This document shows positions 14,500 through 30,884 of a stretch of 64,000 nt of DNA, piece by piece. The notes beneath the pieces are model-generated. The model searched no databases and was not told the DNA's origin. It was given only the letters and a program-made list of their open reading frames with translations. The position numbers and the translations under genes are program-made. Every line of letters starts with the position of its first letter. Position 1 is the first letter of the stretch. The DNA is taken from the NCBI RefSeq assembly GCF_009914755.1, contig NC_060925.1. One strand, given 5' to 3'. Source of the stretch: the human T2T-CHM13v2.0 reference genome, Homo sapiens.

Positions 14500-15544
14500 G
14501 CTTCTGTCTAATGTCTGTCTAATGACCATGGCTTGGATATGAGTTCCATTGGACTATACAAGGCTCTATCCTGACTAAGAACCAGTGAACCGCAACTGAT
14601 ATGAGATTGTTGAAGGATGAAGCTTTTGGGAGTGCAGGGAGGTCAGAAGAATATGGTACGTTTATTGCAACCTTAGAGAGTGTGAAAATACTATTTGGCA
14701 AACAAATGCAACACCTTATTGAACTGGTGTCAGGACTCACGCAGTGAATAACAAACCACCACCCCTAATTCCAATACTAGTGGCCAACTGAGAGGATAAG
14801 TGTAATTTTTTCAGCTGTTGGCATGCCCTGCATAGGTTTCTCCTTCAGGGATCTTTCCCCATCTCGGATAACTTTCTCAGGATTTAGCTCCCCCACCCTC
14901 CAACCCTCTATCCGTCTTCCATCTTCTCTGCTTTCCAAAGAGGGCACTCTCAGGAACTTCAGAGTACTTAGGTAGTGGGTTGAGTTGATCTTTTACAGTA
15001 ATTCTTTATCTGGGCAAAATGTGTTTGGTTAATCTTACCTGAAATCTTACAATAACATAATTTCAGGGACTTAAAGGAAACAAAATGGCAATGACAACCA
15101 AAGAAACAAAGTAAAAAATTGGACAATAGCAACCCTTAGCACACTATCACAGGACCCTAAAAATAGGTGACTTTTCCTTAACTTGGGAATCTTCATTGTT
15201 CTTTGTAGAAATAAAAGTATTACTCTCATTCAGTTATTGACCAGTCTTTACATACTGGATCTGGACTGTGGATTCTGTAAGTCAATCTCCTGTAATTGTT
15301 CACTGCCTGCCAATGAACCCTGCCTTCCACTTACAGTTGCCTCTGGGAATGTATCCATGTTCTGTTTCCTTAAGTACTTTCTCCTTCTACTAGGTTTTTT
15401 GTGGTGAATCTTTAACTTTAGATCAAATTCTCACTTCCTCCTTGATTTTGCAGCCTGCTGTCACCCAGGACCTTGCAACTAAGGGCTGCTTTGCACTAGT
15501 TCCTGTGTCTTTCACTGGTCTTGTTAGTTATTCCAAGTTTATGG

Positions 15545-15725
15545 CAACATTTATTGAGGTATTACTACATAGGCTTTGCCTATATTAACTCATTTATTCC
15601 TATGAGTTAGATACCATGATTACCCTCATTTAAAGTTAAGTAAATTGGGCTTCAAGATTAAAAAAAAAGGTATACATGGTAGAACCAGGTTTGGGTTGGG
15701 CAGTCTGGGTTCAGAGTGATGTGCT
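15545..15725 (-). mobile_element. MIR relic
   Basis: ACATTTATTGAG...ATTAACTCATTTA...GGCAGTCTG. Confidence 0.5.
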
Positions 15726-16920
15726 TATTATTGTCTTCACCCCAGCAAGATACAGTCTATTCTGCTATAGCATATGTATGTAACAACAATTAGCTAATAC
15801 ACAATTGGCATATAGGACATCATATCAGTATAATTTGAAAGTTGAATAAATTCAGAGCAATTTTTTGTAGGCAAAGGGAGCTGTATAACAATAATAGAAT
15901 TATAACCTATTGCAGGAGTGATAAAATACCCTCAGCTTGGATGCTGCACAGGCAGGAATCCCTTCAGGTCTATTTTAAGAAATAGAAAAATGAGTACTTT
16001 GTTTCATAGCTCCTCCCCAGGGAGGTGCACCTCTAGCCTTGCTGAACTATCAGCTTGTACAGGTTGTACTTTCTCCTCTGCATACCTTTACAGATGCCCC
16101 TCTATAGCTCAGTGGTCTTCCATCTACACTGTCTTCACAACTGCATGCCAGCATGCCAGCATTTCTACTCTATTGCTGTTTTGCATTTTTAGTATCCCCT
16201 GAAGCAGTTTGCAGATACAACGAGCTGCCTACTTGACCGTCCAAAGTTTCTCAGGGGAGGAGGGTGAGGGGGGACCAATTGTTTTTTGAGTTTTTTTAAT
16301 AGAAGTTTGGCCATAGATTTGCATAGGTTTTGAGTGGTCTTCCCCAATCCCATTTTGTTATTTTTATTGCACAGCAGATTGTGAGGCTCGTCAGTGGTAT
16401 ATACGTCATACATAGGTTATAGCATCAACTCAAACACCCCCAATTAATCATCATTCTAAACTTGTAATTATCATCCCAAGCTTAGCATTTTCATCATAAT
16501 AAATAAATTTTTATGGGGTCAAGGCACTAGACTTATTGTTTGTTTTATTACGAACAATATTATGAGGGTATTTTATCACTCCTGCAATAGGTTATAATTC
16601 TATTATTGTTATACATCTCCGTTTGCCTACAAAAGTGATACAAAATTTATCTAAAAAACGGTTTCTGCCAGTAAGATGCTTAAAATCTACCAATGAAGAG
16701 AAAATATGTACATTAAAAAGACAAATAGTAAGGTTGTTAGTGATAGACAAACATGACAGCTAAGCAAAATGTATGGTACCTTTATGATATTGTAGGAGAG
16801 ACACTAAACTTATAATCAGACAAGCTGGATTTGAATCTAGACTCTATCACTTGCTTTGTGACCCTGGAAAAACACGTAAACTTTATAGGCACTAGTTTTC
16901 TTAGCTTTAAAACAGGAATA

Positions 16921-17321
<401 letters not shown>

Positions 17322-17753
17322 TTAAATGAAAAATATATGTCAAAGTGCCTGACACTTTCAATGCAGGCACTGAATAAATGTTAATTTTCTTTCTTTCTCT
17401 CAAACAGTGCACAAACATCATTCAGGTGTCTCAGTGTATGTTTCTAAGGGCTGTACATAAATACAGCTGGGTCATTATTTTGTAGTAATTAAGAGTATGT
17501 TATAGATCTGTGCCTTCAATGCTCAACAATGAAGTCACTGCAAAGTCAATCAGGGTTTTTGATCACTGGGAAGTCAAAGTTGTGTCCTCCTGACTCTGTC
17601 CCATTCTTCTTGGTTTTTGTTCTTTGTTTTTCATTGCGGCTTTATTGAGATATAATTTACATACCATATAATTTACTCATTTAAACTATACATTCAATGT
17701 TTTTTCATATATTCAAATAATTGAGAATCATCACCACAATCAACTTTAGAACA

Positions 17754-18048
17754 TTTTTTTTTTCCAGATGGAGTTTTGCTCTTGTTGCCCAGGTTGGAGT
17801 GCAGTGGTGTGATCTTGACTCACTGAAACCTCCGCCTCCTGAGTTCAAGTGATTCTCCTGTTTCAGCCTCCCAAGTAGCTGGGATTGCAGGTACCTGCCA
17901 CCATATCCGGTTAATTTTTGTATTTTTAGTAGAGACGGGGTTTCGCCATGTTGGCCGGGCTGGTCTCGAACTCCTGACCTTAGATGATCTGTCTGCCTCA
18001 GCCTCCCAAAGTGCTGCGATTACAGGCGTGAGCCAGTGTGCCTGGTCC
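17754..18048 (-). mobile_element. Alu inserted in an old L1M 3' fragment (about 17640-18110)
   Basis: Reverse Alu; AGAACATTTTT TSD; flank TTTATTGAGATATAATTTACATACCAT is L1MB/ME-like. Confidence 0.9.
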
Positions 18049-18114
18049 CAGAACATTTTTATCACCACAAAAGTAAATACCGTATGCATCAGCAACCACT
18101 CACTATTTGCCCCC

Positions 18115-18479
18115 TGTATTAGTCCAATTTCACACATCTATAAAAAAACTACCTGAAACTGGGTAATTTACAAGCAAAGGAGGTTTAATTGACTCACAGT
18201 TCTGCATGGCTGGAGAGGACTCAGGGAACGTACAATCATGGTGGAAGGTGAGGGGGAAGCAAGGCACTTCTTACATGGTGGCAGGAGAAGAGAGAGAGCA
18301 CAGAGAAAACGGCCACTTTTAAACCATCAGATCTCATGAGAAAACTCTTATTATCACAAGGACAGTTTGGGGGAAACCACCGGCATCAGCCAATCACCTC
18401 CTACCAGCCTCTCCCTAGACACATGAGGATTACAATTGGAGATGAAGTTTGGGTGAGGACACAGAGCCAAGCCATGTTA
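18115..18479 (-). mobile_element. MaLR solo LTR (THE1D/MST-like)
   Basis: TGTATTAGTCC...AGGTTTAATTGACTCACAGTTC...GGACACAGAGCCAAGCCATGTTA; CCCCC 5-bp TSD. Confidence 0.88.
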
Positions 18480-18800
18480 CCCCCAAACCCTTTATGAATA
18501 ATTCTATATAACCTGGAAAAACCCCTGAATGTCTCACCATTTCCTCAGCTTAGTCTAAGAACCTGCCACATTTTGAAATGTGTTCTTTTCTTTCTAGCAT
18601 GGTTTGGATAGATATGTACAGAATGGATGGAAACAAGGCAAAGATCTTATACCAGCCACTGGTCAATGGCTAAAGTGCTGAAGGTGATTGAGCAGAGCAA
18701 ATAGGGAGCATGGTCTGGTAGCTCTGTTTTCAGCCTAAGGTCAATTCTTAAGGACTCAACATGCAACCAGAAAGGAATCTGGTGAACAGCTATCCTGATG

Positions 18801-19132
18801 ACCAATAAAATTGACTCACATGTGATATTCAATATGTATGTATAACGCTTTACTGACTCCTAAACAAATATCTACTTCCCACTTGTGTATCTAACCTGAA
18901 ATACAGATGGGAAGTAGACATTTCTGTCTCCTTGTTTTTCTTACTAAATTCTTTAATTTTTCTGTAACCAATAAAATTGACTCATATGTGATATTCGATA
19001 TGTATGTATAACTCTTTACTGACTCCTAAACAAATATCTACTTCCCACCTGTGTATCTAACCTGAAATACAGATGGGGAGTAGACATTTCTATCTACCTG
19101 TTTTTCTTACTCAATTCTTTAATTTTTCTGTA
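18801..19132. repeat. 166-bp tandem duplication (2 copies)
   Basis: 18801-18966 vs 18967-19132, both starting ACCAATAAAATTGACTCA; 9 substitutions and no indels by manual alignment. Confidence 0.95.
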
Positions 19133-19169
19133 ATTTTTATAGGTAGATCAAGTATTATGGATAAGCGTT

Positions 19170-19380
19170 AACATTTGGAATCACAAGACCTGGGTTTGAG
19201 TTTGGACACATTCATTTACTTATTAGTTGTACAAATTCAAGCAAGCTACTTAACTGCTTTGAGCCTCAGGTATCCATCTGTATCATGAGATCATGATAAT
19301 ACTAATCTCAAAAGATTGGTGTAAATATTATATAACACAATGTGCATGAGAATTATTTGAAAATTAAAAGTACTATACAA
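19170..19380 (+). mobile_element. MIR
   Basis: TGGAATCACAAGACCTGGGTTTGAG...GCAAGCTACTTAAC...GAGCCTCAG. Confidence 0.7.
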
Positions 19381-19835
19381 ATGGCTAGGTTTTAAAAATT
19401 ATTATTGCTGTCATCTGCACTTAAAAAAGCTATATATGTCAATCTAAAATATCAGCACCAGTTTTTCCATGTTGATGACACAATTTTTTTCAACTAAATT
19501 AACACCTCATCTCTACTGTTTCATTTGACAAGAATAATTGAGTTCCGCAATGAACCAAATTATTCCTCCCTTGAAAAATACGAAATGTACTACTGTATTT
19601 TCTTTTTTAAAAAATAATTTTTAAAAGTCTACACCCTTGATATCTGATGCACTATTGTATTCTCAATTGGTAAGTATTGAGAAAAAAATAAGTTTATCTT
19701 TTTTGTCATTGACCCACACTAGTCCTCTTTTGAGGTGAATGGGCCCAAGACAGCCAGGTAGAACAAGTGAATGGTTTTAAATGAATTTGCCTTCTAACTT
19801 CAGCTCACTCTGTGGTAACTTTTTCTTTAGACTAG

Positions 19836-20151
<316 letters not shown>

Positions 20152-20169
20152 GAACATTTAAAATTTTAT

Positions 20170-20341
20170 ATGAACCAGGAAACAGGTCCTCAGCAGACAC
20201 AGAATCTGCGGGCACCTTGATCTTGGCTCTCCCAGCTTCCTGCACTGTGAGAAATAAATTTCTGTGGTTCATAAGCTACTCAGTCTATGGTATTTTGTTA
20301 CAGTAGCCTGAGCAGACATGGAGCACAAGCAGACTAAGATA
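20170..20341 (+). mobile_element. MLT1-type MaLR LTR, 3' part
   Basis: GCACCTTGATCTTGG...CTGTGAGAAATAAATTTCTG...GGTATTTTGTTACAG...GACTAAGATA. Confidence 0.8.
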
Positions 20342-21048
20342 TAGGGTCATTGCTGAATGCCCCAGATGTTTGAGGTCTTTACACCCTGGTATGAACTCAA
20401 ATGTCTCCCAGGATTATGAGCTCTGGGAACTGCTCAGCTTTCAGCTACCTAGCAATTGTTCTTTACCTAGCCTTATGGAGTATCAGCAATGCATGTACAG
20501 CTTAGTTTTCAACCAAAGACACAAGGAAATGACTTCTAAAGATTTCTAGAGCTCTTCCTCTGAATAATTTCTTCCCCTCTGGTACTCTGCCAGGCCTGTG
20601 GATTCTGATCTCTGCCTCCTTAACTAAAGGAGACCATCATGCTCTGCTTGGGATCCCTTTCCTGCACTGTGGTCTGGAAGGTTTCTCCAGGCAGAAAGCT
20701 AGGATGACAGTAGGGTTCATCCTATTTGTTTCCCTTTTCTAAGATATCATAGTTCCACATGGTCTGTTGTCCGAATATAGTTTTTAAAAACCATATTTTG
20801 TCCAGTTTTTTAGTTGTTTACGGTGGGACAGGATGTAAGATACCAGTTACTCTGTCATTGTTTGAAGCAAAAGCCCAATTCTCTTCTTTGGAAATGCATT
20901 TTCATTTGAATACCATAAACTGTTTTCAAGTCCTTTTTGAAAGTTTGTGGGAGCATGCTGTTAGAAAAAATGAGGTCAGTCCTTAGGGTATCTTCTGGGT
21001 CTCCACTGTGTGTTTCCTCATTAAGAGCAGAGTCACTCTTTCTCTAGA

Positions 21049-21255
21049 CAAGGGCTGTTCAATGGAACTTTCTGTGATGATGGGAATGTTCTCTCTCTGG
21101 GCTGTTCACTACAGTAGCCACTGCTCACATGTGGCTGTTGAGCTTTGAGATGTAATTAATGCAATGAAGGAACTGAATTTTGACTTTTTTTCATATCAAT
21201 TAATTTAAACTTGAATAACTGCACATAGCTAGTGGCTGCTGTTTGGACAGCACAG
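21049..21255 (+). mobile_element. MER3 hAT-Charlie MITE
   Basis: GCTGTTCAATGGAACTTTCTGTGATGATGG...GCTAGTGGCTGCTGTTTGGACAGCACAG; TCTAGA flanks. Confidence 0.8.
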
Positions 21256-21446
21256 ATCTAGAAAATTATTTCTGTGTTTTAGAACCCAGTTGTCACCCTA
21301 AGGCCCTTTTGTTACCAGCTGCAGCTGAATAAACCTTCTAATTTTCTAGTTCTGAACTTTCCCCCAATCTCTTTAGTTAGAATACTGTCCCTGCTCCTCC
21401 ATATCTATTAAAATTCTACCTATCCCTGAGATTAGGATTTGTGAAT

Positions 21447-21625
21447 TCCTTCTTTCCTTCTTTTTCTCTTCTCTCCTCCTTCCTTCCCTCCCTTCCTTTC
21501 CTTCCTTCCTTCGTTCCTCCCTCCCCCCCTTCCTTCCTTCCCTCCTTCCTTCCTTCCTCCCTCTCTGCTTTAATTCCTCTCTCCTTCCCTCTCCTCCAGC
21601 TTTCCTTTCTTGTTTCCATCTCTCC
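21447..21625. repeat. (CCTT/CT)-rich polypyrimidine low-complexity tract
   Basis: Nearly purine-free + strand with CCTT units. Confidence 0.9.
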
Positions 21626-21629
21626 ATTA

Positions 21630-22575
21630 ACAAGCAGTTGTTGAGAACTTACTTTGTGCCAGGCCCTGCCAGACTATGAAGGTGAACAGATAAATAATAT
21701 GTCATCTATGACCTCCAGGATATATGAGTCCAATAAGAAAGGCAAATATACAGACAAGTAAATTATAATACAGTTTAGTAAGTGCAACAACAGAAACAAA
21801 TAAAAGATTAACAAATAACATCTATGTGTGTTTGTTGTAGGGGGTGCTTGTAAGGAGGATGGAATTGGGCATGGAGAGAGAAGGCTTGCAGGAGGATAAC
21901 TTGATGTTAACTCTGAAGTTTGAAACAAAAATTGGAGGTTGCCAGGTGGAAAAATGAGGTAGAACATTCCAGGTCGAAGGTGTGAATTATGAAACATCTC
22001 TATCTGTTAAGGAGACTATTAGCAGTTCAATATTACTGGAGAGCAAAGTAAGTTTGAATATGAGGAGGATGGAGAGGAGTTTTTGGAAAGTGCTAGATTA
22101 TGAAATTTAAGAAGTAAGCAGGATTTACTACTTCTTTGATATTATCAAGGATCCTTGACTATATTGTGTCAGTGAAAGAGAATATTGAAGACTTTTAATC
22201 ACAGGAGTGAGAGGGAAGCTAGATAGAAGGCTGTTGCAATAGCTTTGATAACAAATAGTAAGGGTTCCAATCAACATAGTGGCAGTATGAATGAAAAGGA
22301 CAAGACTACTGGAAGAGACACAAATGGGAGAGAAGACTAATGAGAGGATGTCAAATTGGCAGGGCTTAGTTGGCTAATTGGGTGTGGGATGAAGAAGTGG
22401 GAAAAGCCCTGAGTGACTTAGATTTATGACTTTGATTATTAGATTGGTGGTGATCATTCCAACCAAGATTAGAAAGAATTGCAGTTTTGAGGTAAAGGAT
22501 AATGAACCCTATTTTGGACATACTCAATAATCACTTGGCTATATAGCTCCAGACTTTAAAAGACATGTCTAGACT
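21630..22575 (-). mobile_element. L2 relic
   Basis: GTTGAGAACTTACTTTGTGCCAGGCCCTG..., AGAACATTCCAGG, GAAGGCTGTTGCAATAG, ATTTTGGACAT motifs. Confidence 0.6.
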
Positions 22576-23071
22576 GAAGGCAGATAAGATTATATCTCTA
22601 CTTCATTATATACAAAGTGAAGTATAGTGCCATGTATATACTAGATACATTATATACAATGCCAAGCATAGTGCCCTGTATATAATATGTACTAAGTAAA
22701 TATTTTTGACTTGACTTGATTTTTAAAATCAGGATGAGCAAACAATTGAGACTTCTTGGTAGCATTTTGAATGGGCTTGTAAGCAATATTCTACCTCTTT
22801 GAGTGTATTTTTGGGGAAACAAATTTGCATTATTATAATAGGTAACATTTATTTTGCATTTACTATGTGCCAAGCACTGTTCTAAAAACTTTACTTGTGT
22901 TAATTCATTTAATACAACAACCAAATGTAGAATCAGAGGATTAAATGTGACATATCTCAACTGTTCATCAATTGTTTATCAAATGTGACATATCTCAAAT
23001 GTATTCAAATGAATGCATTTTGAAGTTTATTTAAGGTTTTCATTTTATTCTATACTTACCATTCAATGTTA

Positions 23072-23386
<315 letters not shown>

Positions 23387-23859
23387 CTATACTTGGCTTT
23401 TAAGATTGTAAGGCATCCTGGTGAACAGCTATAAGTTAAAGGAATTTATAGAGATAAATAAGAGATAATTTTTATTTTGAGGCTGCAGAGGGCAGACAGA
23501 GTTCTGAAAGATAAAACTAGTTTAAGTTACAGATTCTAAAAAGGCAGTTAAGTTGAGAACATTTTCAAAAATATCAGTTTTCTCTTTTGTAGTATAGAGA
23601 CATGAAGGAAAATTTATACCTTCAACCATCCTGTTCACTTTTCTTTTACTTTAAAAATATCCTTTTAGTATTGATAGAAAAATAAGTTATTCAAGATGCT
23701 TGAGCTTCAAAGATTATGGCTTTATTAGGCAAATGTATCCTTTATTCTCTGAGCATTTTTCTTGTTGAATTCCTGTTCCACTTGTTAATTGGTCATCTTG
23801 AGTAATAATAATCAAATGAACATCTGTGATTTCTTAAGAAATAAATACTAGTTAGGTTG

Positions 23860-24159
<300 letters not shown>

Positions 24160-24281
24160 GAAGATTGCTTTTTTAGACAGAAAAACCTTGGAATGTATCC
24201 TTTTCTTTTTATGTATAAAAGTAAATTTATGGTTTAATAGATTCCTCGTTTCATTTTATTTTATTTACCTATTAAAAATTC

Positions 24282-24576
24282 TTTTTTTTGATACAGGATT
24301 CCTCTCTGTCACCCAAGCTGGAGGGCAATGACACAATCATAGCTCACTGCAACGTCAAACTCCTAGGTTCAAGCTATCCTCCTGCCTCAGCCTCCCAAGT
24401 AAATGAGGTAGAGCTACAGGTATAAGCCACCATGCCCAGCTAATTTTTCAATTTTTTGTGTAGACAAGGTCTCACTGTGTTGTCCAGGCTGATCTTAATC
24501 TCCTGGGGTCAAGCAATTCTCCTGTCTTGGCATCCCAAAGTGTTGGGATTACAGGCATGAGCCACCCTCCCCAGCC
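24282..24576 (-). mobile_element. Alu (J-like)
   Basis: Diverged reverse Alu with ATCATAGCTCACTGC. Confidence 0.88.
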
Positions 24577-24741
24577 AGAGTCATTATTTTAAATTGATGT
24601 GTGAGAGTCTGTTGTAACACCTGTGGTGTACAGATCAGTAATAATTGTTCTTGTGTTTTGTAATTGGAAAGGATCAGTAATTTGCCCAACGTCACAGAAC
24701 TAGTAAGGAGTAGAACTAAAATTTGAATCCAGGTGTGTTAA

Positions 24742-25061
<320 letters not shown>

Positions 25062-25689
25062 CTCAATCACTATTCTATTCAGCCTCCCTAGAGCAAGACA
25101 CATACCACCTCACCACAAACAGCCACACCGTGAATATAATTATTAGGAGATAGAAAACTCTCTGCATTTTCTGAGCATCTCCAAAGCTTAGCTACTCTGA
25201 CTTTGTGCTCCTATGGTATCTTGTACATTCCTCTATTGTGATAGTTAATCCAACAAGATGGGATTATGTGTTTATGTGTCTCCCCCACTAGTATATGAGT
25301 ACCTCCAGGACAAGGACATGGTTCTATTCATCTTCTACTTACAGTATCTGAATCATAGCTTATGTTCAATGAATTTGGCTGAGTCAATAAATGAATAAAC
25401 ACTAGACTTCCTTTTGTCCAAGCAGGAGGTAGAGTTTTTAAAAAATATTTATTTACTAAGAAATATTTATTACACACCTACTATGTACCAGACCTTGTTC
25501 TAGGTGTGATATATATAAGGAAACAAAACAAAAAAGGTATTGTCCCTATAGACATTAATTCTAGCGAGGAGACAGATAACACCTAATAAACACAATAAAT
25601 AAGTAGTTTATAAATCTACAGTCTTCTAGGAAGTAATAAGTGCTATGAGGAAATTAGAGCAAAATAAGGGACATCAAGATTTGGGGAGG

Positions 25690-25980
25690 AGGCTGGATGT
25701 GGTAACTCATGCCTATAATCCCAGCACTTTGGGAGGCCAAGATGGGAGGATTGCCGGAGGCCAGGAGTTTAAGATAAGCATGGGCAACACAGTGAGACCT
25801 GATCTCTATAAACATTTTTTTAAAAAATAGCTAAGCATGGTGGCACATACCTGTAGTCCCATCTACTCAGGTGGCTAAGGTGGAGGATCGCTTGAGCCCA
25901 GGAAGTTGAGGCTGCAGTGAGCCGAGATCACACTAGTGCACTCTAGCCTGGGAAACAGAGTGAGATCCTGTCTCAAGAAA
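25690..25980 (+). mobile_element. Alu (J-like)
   Basis: Diverged full Alu. Confidence 0.88.
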
Positions 25981-26279
25981 GGAAATTTACAAGAAAATGG
26001 GTTGAAATTTGAAATAGTGTAGTCAGGGTAGTCTCACTGAGAAGGAGGTGTCATTTGAGCAAAGACCTAGAGGTGATGGGGGAAACAGCTGTGGGCTATT
26101 TGGGGGAAAGGTATTCCCACAGTAGCAGGAATGAGGGAGTAGTTTGTGCAAAGGCCCTGTGCAGGAGCATACCTGACTTGTTCAGGGAATAGGCAAGGAA
26201 CCCACTTTAAACGGAGGACAGAAGAGTAGGAGATAACAGCAGAGAGAATATTGTAGGGCAATTTAAAAACTCTGGCTTT

Positions 26280-26727
<448 letters not shown>

Positions 26728-26872
26728 TCAATTTGGCTGCTGTGGTAGTAATCTAAGAAAGAGACAGTCAAGGCAGTGGAGGTGCTTGTGTCTCTGAGGG
26801 TTTAAATGAAGGAATCAACCATAGTATCAGTTGGGTAATGTCATAATGATACTTTATAAAAATGACTCTACA

Positions 26873-27177
<305 letters not shown>

Positions 27178-27710
27178 TTATAGTTGTTTGGTCTAACTCT
27201 CTCACTCTCCTGTAAACTGTTCAACACTAGGGACTAAGTTTGTCTTTGTGTGTGTGTGATACGGTCTTACTCAACTCAGTTCACGCAGCTTCCACCTTCC
27301 AGGCTCAAGCGATCCGGGTGGGGGGTGGGGGTAGGTTGCAGTGAACACAATAAATAAAATAAAATTTTTGAGCGAATGACTGGATGGTGATATTATCCAC
27401 CCTAATGCTTGTGACCCAAAACTTTTGATTAAGGCTCTGTTTTAATAAGCGAACATTTAGCAAGAAACAGGGAAATGGACTTAGAATTTCTGCTTATGGA
27501 AAAAATGCCTCAGGGGCTGTATCTAGTCTCAAAAAAAATGTCCTGTAAAGATTAAAGACATTTTTAATAAGTAAATATGAAGTTATAAATGGGAGAGCAT
27601 GACTTCAGAACTATTTATAATAAAAACTATTCTACTAGAAACTCAACAATGCTCCAATATAATTGGATAAAATTACCCAGTAGTCTTTAAGGTTAAATAA
27701 TAAAAAAAAA

Positions 27711-27995
<285 letters not shown>

Positions 27996-28195
27996 TCCAA
28001 AGCTAATAATTTGTTTTTTTGCCATTTAAATAAGGTGGTTATGTAGTAGGCAAACTCTTTTTGGTTTATGAGTATCAATCTGAAGATATAAGACTTAGAA
28101 GCAGTAGCAGATATGCTTATTTTTTCTCCATTTTTTTCTTGAACTGCAACTAGAGGAGGACCAAATCAGTCTAGCTTACTTTCTCTCTCTCTCTC

Positions 28196-28492
28196 TTTTT
28201 TTTTTTTTTTTGAGACAGGGTCTCTCTCTGTCACCCAGGCTGGAGTGCAGTAGCACGATCTCCGCCTCACTGCAACCTCCGCCTCCCGGGTTCAAGCAAT
28301 TCTCCCACCTCAGCCTCCCGAGTAGCTGGGATTAAAGGTGCTTGCCACCATGCCAGCTAATTTTTGTATTTTTAGTAGAGAAGGGTTTCACCATGTTGGC
28401 CAGGCTGGTCTCGAACTCCTGACCTCAAGTAATCTGCCCGCCTCGGTCTCCCAAAGTGCTGGGATTACAGGCATGAGCCACAGAACCCGGCC
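28196..28492 (-). mobile_element. Alu
   Basis: Reverse Alu; TAGCTTACTTT TSD. Confidence 0.93.
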
Positions 28493-28819
28493 TAGCTTAC
28501 TTTTTCTACTGTCCCATTTTTCCTCCCATCTTAATGACTTTTCTTATGTTTTCATATTCATTTTTTTCTTTGGACAGATCTATACTTCAGAAAAATCACT
28601 CCAGTGGGCTTTAAGCAGCAGCAGCCTATCTATTTGTAGATTTCCTACATATGCTGGTTTATAATTCATTTTGGAACAAAGTTCCTTTATTAAAAAGTTG
28701 GCTTCATTTAAAGCAAATAACACAGTAAATAACTTGGTGATACTGATGTATTCTGATTATTTATTTTTTAGACTTCTTCAGGACAAAGATTAAGTCTTGG
28801 TATCCCCTTGATTGCCTAG

Positions 28820-29375
28820 CATTTATTCAGTCATTTAACAAATATTTATGGGGCATTTTCTGTATGACAGATACAGAACTTGATGCTGGTGGCACTAAGA
28901 TAAAATATTGCTCCGTTACTTTCAGAAATGCATAACTTAGCAAAAGACATTTAAATAGGCAATTACAATGAAACACAATAAGAATTCTTATTGAGACCAC
29001 ATCTGTGGTAGGGAAACTAATGCTGGGGGTAGTAGCTTCAGGTATATTTTAACTAGAAAAGGAAAAGCTTGAGCTGAGATGTAGAGAATCAGATGAGTGT
29101 TAGTTCATCTGGAAAGGGGAAGGAAAATTCCAGGATAACAATATGTATAAAGACTCATAATCATGAAAGGATATTGGCATATTCAAGGAACTGAATGTAG
29201 CATGGTATGGTTGGAGAAGGGTAGGGAAGGCAAGATCATGATGGGTTTTGGATGGTAGGTGAAGGAATGCAAACTTTGTATTATGCAAATCACTGAACAG
29301 TTTTAAACCGGGGCATACTATGATCAGTTTTGCATTTTCGTTTTCAAAGTTCTTTCTGATAGCAGAATGGAAGCA
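28820..29375 (-). mobile_element. L2 relic
   Basis: CATTTATTCAGTCATTTAACAAATATTTAT terminus; TTGAGCTGAGA; TGATCAGTTTTGCATTTT. Confidence 0.65.
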
Positions 29376-29706
29376 ATACAGACAGACTAGGACACATAAT
29401 AAAATACTTCAGCTAAGACAAACTATTATGCTTGCACATAATTGGCACTGAATAACTGTTGAATGAATACAGGAATGAAGAATGAATAGAGTTCAATATT
29501 TGTACTCTTGACATATCACACACATATATACAGCTATAGAGACACAGTACAAATAAAAGCCCTTTCTTGAGAGGAGGGACTTGAGAGTATTGACATGATC
29601 AAAGCTGCACTTTAAACGAATTATTCTGGCTGTAATGTGCAAGGTGAACTAACAAGGGTGCAGGCTGGAGCACACAGTAGCACCTGATCAATGATGCTGC
29701 AATGAA

Positions 29707-30432
<726 letters not shown>

Positions 30433-30884
30433 TTAAGAAGATTTTTTTTTAAAGGAGTGTCTTGAGCATGATTATACACTGTGGGGAAGGAGTTGGAGAA
30501 GAAGACATGACAAAAATGTTGGAGAAGGTATGAGAGAGGATGGAATCTGGAGTTTAGATTCTTCATTCACTGGTTGTGTGGCTGGAGCAAGTAACGTCAA
30601 TTCTTTGAACTTCAATGTGTTCACTTGTAAAACTGAGATAATTTCTGTTTTCTGGAATGATGTAGGACACTAGAATAATAGGCATTCAACAAAAAGTAGC
30701 TGTTTAGCTATTACTATTAATGTAAGGGCATAACTTTCAGGTAGGCGAAAAGACACTAAGTGGGTGGAGGAAGTTTAGGGGGGCAGAAAGGAAAATGAAC
30801 AGAGTTCACACCTATTTTCTATAAATATGTCAAGAAGAGAATACAGAAGAGAGTCCTAGAGAAGGGGTTTAAAAGGGAGTGATA

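Noticed and set aside
18801-19132. CRISPR-like or prokaryotic interpretation of repeats here or elsewhere
   Set aside because: Only two adjacent copies, no spacers, and the window is clearly primate nuclear DNA
21373-21644. Charged or Ser/Pro/Phe-rich ORFs
   Set aside because: Translations of the CCTT low-complexity tract
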